Below the pieces are notes generated by a model. The model had not been told where the DNA came from and searched no databases. It saw only the letters and a list, made by a program, of their open reading frames with translations. Both the position numbers and the translations under genes were made by a program. This document shows, piece after piece, positions 56,784-64,000 of a stretch of DNA of 64,000 nt (its first letter is position 1; the number at the start of each line of letters is the position of its first letter). This DNA comes from Candidatus Omnitrophota bacterium (GTDB lineage Bacteria > Omnitrophota > Gorgyraeia > Gygaellales > Profunditerraquicolaceae): positions 25,765 through 89,764 of the forward strand of contig JAPLLV010000056.1 of assembly GCA_026387405.1 (NCBI GenBank), read 5' to 3'.

Positions 56784-57617
56784 ATGAAAAGCGCCAAAAT
56801 AACGCTAAAAGATATCCTGGACCTTAAAAACAAACGCAAGATCACCATGCTTACCGCCTATGATTTCCCGACGGCTTCGCTGGTGGATAAGGCGGGAATT
56901 GACATGATCCTTGTCGGGGATTCACTTGCAAATGTGGTCTTAGGCCTGGACTCTACCACCAAGGTGGGGATGACCGAAATGCTGCATCACGCCAAGGCAG
57001 TCACCCGCGCCGTGGAACATGCCCTGGTAGTCGGAGATATGCCCTATGATTCCTATCAAGTAAATCCCGAAGAATGCGTAAAGAACGCCGGGCGTTTTAT
57101 CGCGGAGGCGAATTGCGATGCCGTAAAATTAGAGTGGTTTGACCGTTGCCTGGAGGTAACCGAAAAGATCATCTCTGCCGGAATACCGGTAATGGGACAT
57201 ATAGGGCTCACCCCCCAAACCGCGGATAAAATAGGCGGTTTTAAGGTGCAGGGCAAGGATGCCGAGACTGCCCAGAAACTCATAGACCAGGCGGTCAACC
57301 TCCAGAAACTGGGTTGTTTCTCGATAGTGCTGGAATGCGTGCCGGACAAGATCGCGGCAGTCATAACCAGGAAACTAAAGATCCCCACTATCGGCATCGG
57401 CGCCGGGCTCGATTGTGACGGACAGGTTTTAGTCATCCATGACCTCTTGGGGTTATTCGAGCGTTTTAAGCCGAAATTCGTCAAGCAATACATAAACCTG
57501 TCGCCCCTGATATTTAAGGCGATCGAAGAATACAAAAATGAGGTAACCGCGCTTAAGTTCCCCGCGCCGGAACATACCTTCGGCATAAAAGAAGAAGAAT
57601 TGAAAAAACTTAAGTGA
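56784..57617 (+). CDS. panB: 3-methyl-2-oxobutanoate hydroxymethyltransferase
   Basis: LTAYDFPTA...VGDSL...GDMP motifs of PanB. Confidence 0.9.
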   Translation: MKSAKITLKDILDLKNKRKITMLTAYDFPTASLVDKAGIDMILVGDSLANVVLGLDSTTKVGMTEMLHHAKAVTRAVEHALVVGDMPYDSYQVNPEECVKNAGRFIAEANCDAVKLEWFDRCLEVTEKIISAGIPVMGHIGLTPQTADKIGGFKVQGKDAETAQKLIDQAVNLQKLGCFSIVLECVPDKIAAVITRKLKIPTIGIGAGLDCDGQVLVIHDLLGLFERFKPKFVKQYINLSPLIFKAIEEYKNEVTALKFPAPEHTFGIKEEELKKLK

Positions 57618-58333
57618 AAAGAAAATTACTGCGAAACACCCTGATTATCATCTCGCTTGTGCCGGTAGTGCTCTTTGTGGCCAAGTTCGGAGGGCCGTCC
57701 ATATTAAAGATGTACGTCCGGGCGGGTATAACGCAATCGCATAATCAAGCCATCTTTTCTCTTGCGCCTGAGCAGGCGATAAATAAACCGGAGATAGAAA
57801 ACGCGTACCTGTCCGGATTAAAACATTACCGCCTGCCTGAAATAGAGATATCCCTTCCCAAAGACATAAGGGCGGTGCAGGGAGAAACCACTAGAACTTA
57901 CTATAAGAAAAGACCATGGCGGACAGGAGAGGCAGTAGCTTATATCTTATATGAAAAGCCGAGATTTTTCATGAACCTGTTCCCACGCTTAAAAAAACAG
58001 GGTATCACCAGCGACCAGGATTTCTTAAGCCATACCATGTCGGCAAAGCTCGATGATATAAAGACCATTACCGACGCCTTTTTTGTAATCATGAAAGGTA
58101 TCTTTACCCCTGACCTGGGAGACCAGAAAAACCTGCAGATGTTAAGTTTTTCTACCTCCGATAAAAACGGTTTCATCTCTTACAATTTGAACAAATCCGC
58201 GAATTATTTTGACTGCAATTTCTTTGACCATAAAGGCAATTTTTTCAAGGTATACGTAAAGGACATAACCGGCTCGTTAGACATAAATAAGATATTCGCC
58301 ATAATTTCAACGGTAAAGCAAAAGAATGGATAG
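57614..58333 (+). CDS. Hypothetical membrane-anchored protein
   Basis: N-terminal TM helix; no recognisable domain. Confidence 0.4.
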   Translation: MKRKLLRNTLIIISLVPVVLFVAKFGGPSILKMYVRAGITQSHNQAIFSLAPEQAINKPEIENAYLSGLKHYRLPEIEISLPKDIRAVQGETTRTYYKKRPWRTGEAVAYILYEKPRFFMNLFPRLKKQGITSDQDFLSHTMSAKLDDIKTITDAFFVIMKGIFTPDLGDQKNLQMLSFSTSDKNGFISYNLNKSANYFDCNFFDHKGNFFKVYVKDITGSLDINKIFAIISTVKQKNG

Positions 58334-58342
58334 GTAATACCA

Positions 58343-58813
58343 ATGCGAAAACGGCTGATTCTGATAGCGTTAACTGCATTTATCGTGCATCCTTCGTATC
58401 GCGCGGCTTGCGCCGATTATCCCAGCCAATCCCGGCAGGAAGGAAGATACGAGATGCTCATTCCGGAAGTCCCCAACGGTTATGGCGCGCGTACCACTTA
58501 CAGAAAAGTCCCGGCAATAGTCTTGGACACCTGGCAGGGGATCGCCTGGAGATGCACGAACCTGGAAGATGAAAAGCCTGTTTGGGTCAAAGATGAATTA
58601 GACAAAGATGCCCCTGCCTCATCGACAAAGAAATATTCGGGGAGGATCTCCAATATGAGCGGTCCGGAATTAAGGATCTCCGCGCTAATAATAAACACAG
58701 AGGAAGGCAGGGCCTGGAATTGCCCTGACATCACCCAACAAGATGCAAAATGGACGCTTACAGACCTGACCAAGGCTGCGCCAAAGAAAAAAGACATGTA
58801 CTCTGAAGAGTAA
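58343..58813 (+). CDS. Hypothetical secreted protein
   Basis: Signal peptide (LTAFIVHPSYRAACA); no recognisable domain. Confidence 0.4.
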   Translation: MRKRLILIALTAFIVHPSYRAACADYPSQSRQEGRYEMLIPEVPNGYGARTTYRKVPAIVLDTWQGIAWRCTNLEDEKPVWVKDELDKDAPASSTKKYSGRISNMSGPELRISALIINTEEGRAWNCPDITQQDAKWTLTDLTKAAPKKKDMYSEE

Positions 58814-58920
58814 CGTTAAGGATTGATTGACTTTGCTATTAAATTGCGATAGAATGGAACACAATTCTTCGGACATACCTATCTAGTGACATCCGCCGGA
58901 TTTGTGGCGGGTTAAAACCC

Positions 58921-60285
58921 ATGGCTGAAAATTTGATGGATAAGATAGTTTCACTTTCTAAGCGCCGGGGCTTTATCTTCCAGTCTTCGGAGGTATACGG
59001 AGGCCTTAGCAATACCTGGGACTACGGCCCTTTTGGCGTGGAGCTCAAGAACAACCTAAAAACAGCCTGGTGGAAGGCCAATGTCTACCAGCGCGACGAT
59101 ATCCTGGGCATGGACGCGGCCATACTCATGCACCCTGATGTCTGGCGGGCATCCGGTCACGTGGATAACTTTTTTGATCTAAAAAGCGACTGCAAAACCT
59201 GCAAAAAACGCTTTAAGACCGCGGACTTAAAAAACGCCGATAAATGTCCCGAATGCGGCGGAGAACTCACTGAAAGCCGCCCTTTTAACCTGATGTTCAA
59301 AACCTACCAGGGGCCGGTGGAAGACGCAGGGAATATCGTTTATTTAAGGCCGGAGACTGCCCAGGGGATGTTCGTGAACTTCATCAATATCCTGGACGCG
59401 CGCCACCCCAAACTTCCCTTTGGCCTGGCGCAGATCGGCAAGGCCTTCAGGAACGAGATCACACCGGGTAATTTCACCTTCCGCACCCGTGAGTTCGAGC
59501 AGATGGAGATCGAATATTTTGTCCGGCCGCAAGAGGGCGACAAAAAATTAGAGGAGTGGATAGAAACCCACTTTAATTGGTATGTCAATTTGGGTATAAA
59601 GAAGGAGAACTTAAGGAAACGCCCGCACGGGAAAGAGGAACTGGCGCATTACGCCAAGGCCTGCACGGATATCGAATACAACTTTCCCTTCGGGTGGAGC
59701 GAATTAGAAGGTATTGCCAACCGGACTGATTTTGATCTAAAGCAGCACGCCAGGCAAAGCGGCAAGGACTTTCAGTATTTCGACGACGCGGCAAAACAAA
59801 GGTTTTATCCGTACATTATTGAACCATCAGGGGGGGTAGACAGGAGCGTTCTGGCATTTCTGGTAGATGCCTACCACGAGGAAAAAGTTCCCCCCCGCAC
59901 CAATTTTGAAAAAAACGAAGCTATTCTACCAATTGGTGCGGGGGTAAAGAATGACACGCGCGTGGTCTTAAAGCTGCACAGGGACCTGGCGCCTACAAAA
60001 GTGGCGGTGCTGCCGCTTTTAAGGAACCGGCCGGAGATCGTGGAGCTGGCGCAAAAAATAGCCCGGGAGCTTAAGAAAAATATGGTGGCCGTTTATGACG
60101 ACACCGGCTCAATAGGAAAACTCTACCGCAGACAGGATGAGGTAGGCACGCTCTACTGCGTCACGGTAGATGTACAGTCAATGGAGGACAAGCAGGTCAC
60201 GGTGCGCGAGCGTGACAGCATGCAACAAGAACGCATCAGCGTCGATAAACTAAAAGAATATCTTTTGCAAAAATTAAACAACTAG
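58921..60285 (+). CDS. glyQS: Glycine--tRNA ligase, alpha2 (archaeal/eukaryotic-like) type
   Basis: Class II motifs, zinc-ribbon-like CxxC...CPEC insertion, C-terminal anticodon-binding domain; 454 aa. Confidence 0.9.
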   Translation: MAENLMDKIVSLSKRRGFIFQSSEVYGGLSNTWDYGPFGVELKNNLKTAWWKANVYQRDDILGMDAAILMHPDVWRASGHVDNFFDLKSDCKTCKKRFKTADLKNADKCPECGGELTESRPFNLMFKTYQGPVEDAGNIVYLRPETAQGMFVNFINILDARHPKLPFGLAQIGKAFRNEITPGNFTFRTREFEQMEIEYFVRPQEGDKKLEEWIETHFNWYVNLGIKKENLRKRPHGKEELAHYAKACTDIEYNFPFGWSELEGIANRTDFDLKQHARQSGKDFQYFDDAAKQRFYPYIIEPSGGVDRSVLAFLVDAYHEEKVPPRTNFEKNEAILPIGAGVKNDTRVVLKLHRDLAPTKVAVLPLLRNRPEIVELAQKIARELKKNMVAVYDDTGSIGKLYRRQDEVGTLYCVTVDVQSMEDKQVTVRERDSMQQERISVDKLKEYLLQKLNN

Positions 60286-60360
60286 TCTTAGCGTATAGCG
60301 TAGAGCGTATAGCGGATAGACCTATACGCTAAACGCTATCCGCTAAACGCTAAAAGAAAG
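60286..60360. repeat. Family-2 simple repeat / imperfect palindrome built from TAGCGTATAGCG and CGCTAAACGCTA units
   Basis: ttagcgtatagcgtagagcgtatagcggatag-acc-tatacgctaaacgctatccgctaaacgctaa. Shares agcgtatagcggatag with 15885. Confidence 0.75.
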
Positions 60361-60377
60361 GGAAAAGGTCGGAAGAA

Positions 60378-63125
60378 ATGGCAACAAAAAAGTACGTTTA
60401 CAGCTTTGGCGGAGGTAAGGCAGACGGTAACGAGGGCATGAAGAACCTTTTAGGAGGAAAAGGCGCGAACCTCGCGGAGATGGCCGGCAACAAAAATTTA
60501 AAACTTCCGGTCCCCCCGGGATTCACTATTACTACGGAGGTTTGCACCTATTATTATAAGAATAGGAAAACTTATCCTAAAGAACTAAAGGACCTGGTAA
60601 ATAAAGCCCTGGCCCAGGTGGAGAAACTCATGGGTCGTAATTTCGGTGACCCGGTAAATCCGCTTTTGGTTTCCGTGCGCTCCGGGGCAAGAAAATCCAT
60701 GCCCGGAATGATGGAAACGATCTTAAACGTGGGGCTGACCGAAAAAACCATACCCGGCCTGGTCAAACAAAGCGGTGGAAATACCCGTTTTGTCTATGAC
60801 GCCTACCGCAGGCTGATCACGATGTATTCCGACGTGGTCATGGAGAAGGCTGCCGGCATTGAACCAAAAGAAGACAAAGGTATCCGTAAGCAGCTGGAAG
60901 AGATCATGGCCCATATGAAAAGTGAGAAAGGTGCCAAGAGCGATACCGATCTCTCCGCAGAAGACCTGAAAAAACTCTGCGCGCTTTATAAGGCCAAAAT
61001 AAAAGAAATATTAGGTAAGGAGTTCCCTGATGAGCCCAAAGAGCAGCTCTGGGGAAGTATTGGAGCGGTATTTGCCTCCTGGAACGGCAAGCGCGCCATC
61101 AGCTACCGCCGCATCGAAAACATCCCCGATGAATGGGGGACCGCGGTAAACGTCCAGACCATGGTCTTCGGGAATATGGGGAACGATTCGGCAACCGGCG
61201 TTGCCTTTACCCGTAATCCCGGTAACGGTGAAAACAATTTTTACGGTGAATATTTGATCAATGCGCAAGGAGAAGACGTGGTAGCCGGAATACGCACCCC
61301 TGCGCCGATCAACGAATACTCTAAATCTGAACACAACAAAGAGCTGGTGACCCTGGAAAAGGCCATGCCCGCGATCTATAAGGAGCTCTATGATATCCAG
61401 GGGCGCCTTGAGAGACACTATCGAGATATGCAGGATATAGAATTTACAATTGAAAAAGACAGGCTCTTTATGCTGCAGTGCAGGATAGGAAAACGTAACG
61501 GCCCTGCCGCAGTACGCATGGCTGTGGATATGCTCAAGGAAAAATTCATTAAAAAAGAAGAGGCGGTGATGCGCGTTACCCCTGCGCAGCTGGATGAATT
61601 ACTGCACCCGATCATTGACCCCAAGGCTGAACTGACCACAAAACCCTTAGCCAAAGGCCTTCCGGCCGGGCCGGGCGGGGCAAACGGCCAGATAGTCTTT
61701 AATGCCAAAGATGCGGTGGAATGGGCCAAAACAGGCAAAAAAGTGATCCTTGTGCGCGAAGAGACGAATCCGGAAGATGTGGAGGGGATGAGAGCTGCGC
61801 AGGCTATTTTGACTGCCCGCGGTGGGATGACCTCGCATGCCGCCCTGGTTGCCCGTGGTTGGGGCAAGTGCTGTATTGTGGGTTGCGCCGCCTTAGAGGT
61901 TGAGGCTGCGAAAAAAGAACTGGTAATAGGAGAGAAGGTCCTTAAAGAAGGTGATTGGATCACCTTAAACGGCACCAAGGGCAATGTCTATGCCGGCAAG
62001 CTTACCATGATGGACGCTACCGAAGAAAACCAGTTGTTAAGCGATTTCCTTACCCTTTGCAGCTCGATCCGGAAGCTGGGCATCCGCACTAACGCCGATA
62101 CCCCGGACGACGCCAAAAAGGCCCGCCAGTTCGGAGCAGAAGGCATCGGCCTTTTCCGCACTGAGCATATGTTTTATGGTAAGGGCTCTGACGCGCCGCT
62201 TTTTATCCTGCGCAAGATGATCATCTCAAATACCAAAGAAGAAAGACGTAAGGCCCTGGATGAACTCTATCCTTATGTTAAAAAAGATATCAAAGGAACC
62301 ATAGAGGCAATGGACGGCTATCCGGTGGTTATCCGCCTGCTTGACCCGCCTCTGCACGAATTTGTCCCGCGCGAACAAAGTAAATTAGAGCAATTAGCCA
62401 AGGACCTCAATATCACCATGGAAGAGCTTTCGGATAGAGCCGAGGCATTGCATGAATCAAATCCTATGATGGGGCACCGCGGGGTACGCTTAGGCGTAAC
62501 CTACCCTGAAGTAAGCGCCATGCAGATCCGCGCTATCTTAGAATCTGCCGCTGAACTGCTCAAGGAAGGCAAAAAGCCGTACCCGGAGATCATGATCCCG
62601 GTGGTCTGCGACGTCAAAGAATTATACGACCAACTCGCCATAGCTAAAGACATCTACGCCCAAGTGCTCAAGAATTACGGCCTGAAAAAGATCAAGCACA
62701 TGTTCGGCACGATGATCGAGATCCCGCGGGCTTCGCTGGTAGCCGGAAAATTAGCGGAGGTGGCGGAATTCTTCTCCTACGGCACCAATGACATGACCCA
62801 GATGGGGTTCGGCTTTTCCCGCGACGATATCGGTGGATTCCTGCCGGATTATCTGCAAAAGGGTATCCTCGCCGATGACCCGTTCCAAACCATTGATCAG
62901 GAAGGGGTAGGCGAATTGATAAAGATAGGCATTGAGCGGGGACGCAAGACCCGCAAAAACCTGGAAGTAGGCATATGCGGCGAACACGGAGGAGACCCGC
63001 GTTCTGTAGAATTCTGCCATCGCGTGGGCATGGATTACGTAAGCTGCTCGCCGTTCCGCGTGCCTATCGCGAACCTGGCAGCCGCGCAGGCAGTGCTGCG
63101 AGAAAATAACCGGAAAAAAAGATAA
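60378..63125 (+). CDS. ppdK: Pyruvate, phosphate dikinase
   Basis: ATP-grasp N-terminus, central phospho-His domain (GGMTSHAALVARGWG), C-terminal PEP-utilising TIM barrel (GICGE); 915 aa. Confidence 0.95.
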   Translation: MATKKYVYSFGGGKADGNEGMKNLLGGKGANLAEMAGNKNLKLPVPPGFTITTEVCTYYYKNRKTYPKELKDLVNKALAQVEKLMGRNFGDPVNPLLVSVRSGARKSMPGMMETILNVGLTEKTIPGLVKQSGGNTRFVYDAYRRLITMYSDVVMEKAAGIEPKEDKGIRKQLEEIMAHMKSEKGAKSDTDLSAEDLKKLCALYKAKIKEILGKEFPDEPKEQLWGSIGAVFASWNGKRAISYRRIENIPDEWGTAVNVQTMVFGNMGNDSATGVAFTRNPGNGENNFYGEYLINAQGEDVVAGIRTPAPINEYSKSEHNKELVTLEKAMPAIYKELYDIQGRLERHYRDMQDIEFTIEKDRLFMLQCRIGKRNGPAAVRMAVDMLKEKFIKKEEAVMRVTPAQLDELLHPIIDPKAELTTKPLAKGLPAGPGGANGQIVFNAKDAVEWAKTGKKVILVREETNPEDVEGMRAAQAILTARGGMTSHAALVARGWGKCCIVGCAALEVEAAKKELVIGEKVLKEGDWITLNGTKGNVYAGKLTMMDATEENQLLSDFLTLCSSIRKLGIRTNADTPDDAKKARQFGAEGIGLFRTEHMFYGKGSDAPLFILRKMIISNTKEERRKALDELYPYVKKDIKGTIEAMDGYPVVIRLLDPPLHEFVPREQSKLEQLAKDLNITMEELSDRAEALHESNPMMGHRGVRLGVTYPEVSAMQIRAILESAAELLKEGKKPYPEIMIPVVCDVKELYDQLAIAKDIYAQVLKNYGLKKIKHMFGTMIEIPRASLVAGKLAEVAEFFSYGTNDMTQMGFGFSRDDIGGFLPDYLQKGILADDPFQTIDQEGVGELIKIGIERGRKTRKNLEVGICGEHGGDPRSVEFCHRVGMDYVSCSPFRVPIANLAAAQAVLRENNRKKR

Positions 63126-63130
63126 ACTTA

Positions 63131-63224
63131 TATTGTGCGAGCGAGGCGGCAATTTTATCTTCTCCCTGCCTGCCGGCAGGCAGGGACGCTGCTCGAAGAG
63201 TAAATTTGCCGCCGAGTCGAGAAC
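63131..63224 (-). repeat. Family-1 structured intergenic repeat, copy E (reverse orientation, with the central palindrome ccctgcctgccggcaggcaggg)
   Basis: tattgtgcgagcgag + gcggcaattttat + cttctccctgcctgccggcaggcagggacgctgctcgaaga + gtaaatttgccgcc + gagtcgagaac. Confidence 0.8.
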
Positions 63225-63236
63225 ATTAACTCCAAT

Positions 63237-64000
63237 ATGGAAGCCCTAAAAACATATCTCAATGAAATAAGAAATATCTCTCTCTTAAAAGCGGAGGAAG
63301 AGGTATCCCTCTCAAAGAAGATCAAGAGAGGGGATGAGCAGGCGCGCAAGGCCATGATCCGGGGCAACCTGCGCCTGGTGATCAACATCGCCAAGCGTTT
63401 TATGTATTTAGGCATCCCGCTTCTGGATCTGATAGAGGAAGGTAACCTTGGCCTGATGAAGGCGGTGGATAAATTTGACCACAGGAAAGGTTTCCGTTTC
63501 TCCACGTATGCCGCCTGGTGGATCAGACAGAGCATCACGCGCTCCATATCCGAACAGGGCAAGATGATCCGCGTGCCGGTATATATGAACGAGATGATCT
63601 CGCGCTGGCAGAAGACCAAAGAACAACTCTCACATAAGTTAAACCGCGTACCCAGCGACGAAGATATAGCCAAAAAGATGCATATCTCCGACGCCAATAC
63701 CAAGCAGATAAAATTCTGGCTCGCTACCAAAACATCTTCCCTTGATGCCCCTATTGACGACGGAGGAGAAAGCCAGGTCAGTGACCTCATCCAGGATAAT
63801 TCATCCACCTCTCCGGACGCGGCAATCGAACATATGATGAATACGGAGAGGGTAAATAATCTCCTGGATATGATGACTGACAGGGAACGGGATATTTTGG
63901 ATATGCGTTTTGGTTTGGATAAACAGAGATCGCACACCCTGGCCGAGGTGGCCAAAAAGCTGGGGGTTTCGCGCGAGCGCGTGCGCCAGATAGAAGAAGC
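63237..64000 (+). CDS. rpoD: RNA polymerase sigma-70 family factor (RpoD-like, short form), truncated by the window end
   Basis: Region 2 (DLIEEGNLGLMKAVDKFD, YAAWWIRQSITR), region 3 and region 4 (LAEVAKKLGVSRERVRQIE). Confidence 0.85.
   Translation, partial: MEALKTYLNEIRNISLLKAEEEVSLSKKIKRGDEQARKAMIRGNLRLVINIAKRFMYLGIPLLDLIEEGNLGLMKAVDKFDHRKGFRFSTYAAWWIRQSITRSISEQGKMIRVPVYMNEMISRWQKTKEQLSHKLNRVPSDEDIAKKMHISDANTKQIKFWLATKTSSLDAPIDDGGESQVSDLIQDNSSTSPDAAIEHMMNTERVNNLLDMMTDRERDILDMRFGLDKQRSHTLAEVAKKLGVSRERVRQIEE

Overview
This 64-kb window is a bacterial chromosomal segment with about 45% GC, standard genetic code, and TGA used as a stop. Every gene I can support lies on the + strand, so it is probably a leading-strand core region. 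The genes are mostly housekeeping, in roughly this order: response regulator, tilS, ftsH, folP, cdaA, pdxJ, acpS, nnr; a tRNA cluster (Thr, Tyr, Gly, Pro) with inserted genes; thyA-like, gpsA, four single-domain PilZ proteins, hom, thrC, coaB, TPM/LemA, an ApgM-like protein, lysC, cimA/leuA-like, valS, nadC, uvrB, coaX, groES, groEL, an inverse-autotransporter-like barrel protein, guaB-like, guaA, dnaE, hup, hisS, aspS, phoH, pgpH-like, ybeY, recO, panE, polX, apbE, an MgtE-N/CBS protein, an Nramp transporter, panB, glyQS, ppdK and the start of an rpoD-like sigma factor. The window is more interesting for its selfish and structured non-coding content than for its genes. (1) A tRNA-Tyr(GUA) gene is split in the anticodon loop by a 204-nt group I intron, with the conserved R and S core elements recognisable by eye, and a LAGLIDADG-like ORF lies immediately upstream. 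(2) dnaE carries a 451-aa intein with a LAGLIDADG endonuclease domain at the FNK|SHSAAYA site. (3) Several families of intergenic hairpin repeats recur. One 75-100 bp family has at least five copies whose two arms change in a compensatory way, and another has UUCG/GAAA tetraloops. (4) Short heptamer tandem repeats (TAACGAC/GTCGTTA, GCTCTAC, ATAGC-type) occur in spacers and also as in-frame insertions inside valS (four times), thrC and nnr. (5) A CACCSGCGC-(loop ending GAATT)-GCGCSGGTG hairpin with stem covariation is shared by the leaders of groES (downstream of a CIRCE variant), guaB-like and hup. No CRISPR array, rRNA gene or obvious prophage was seen.
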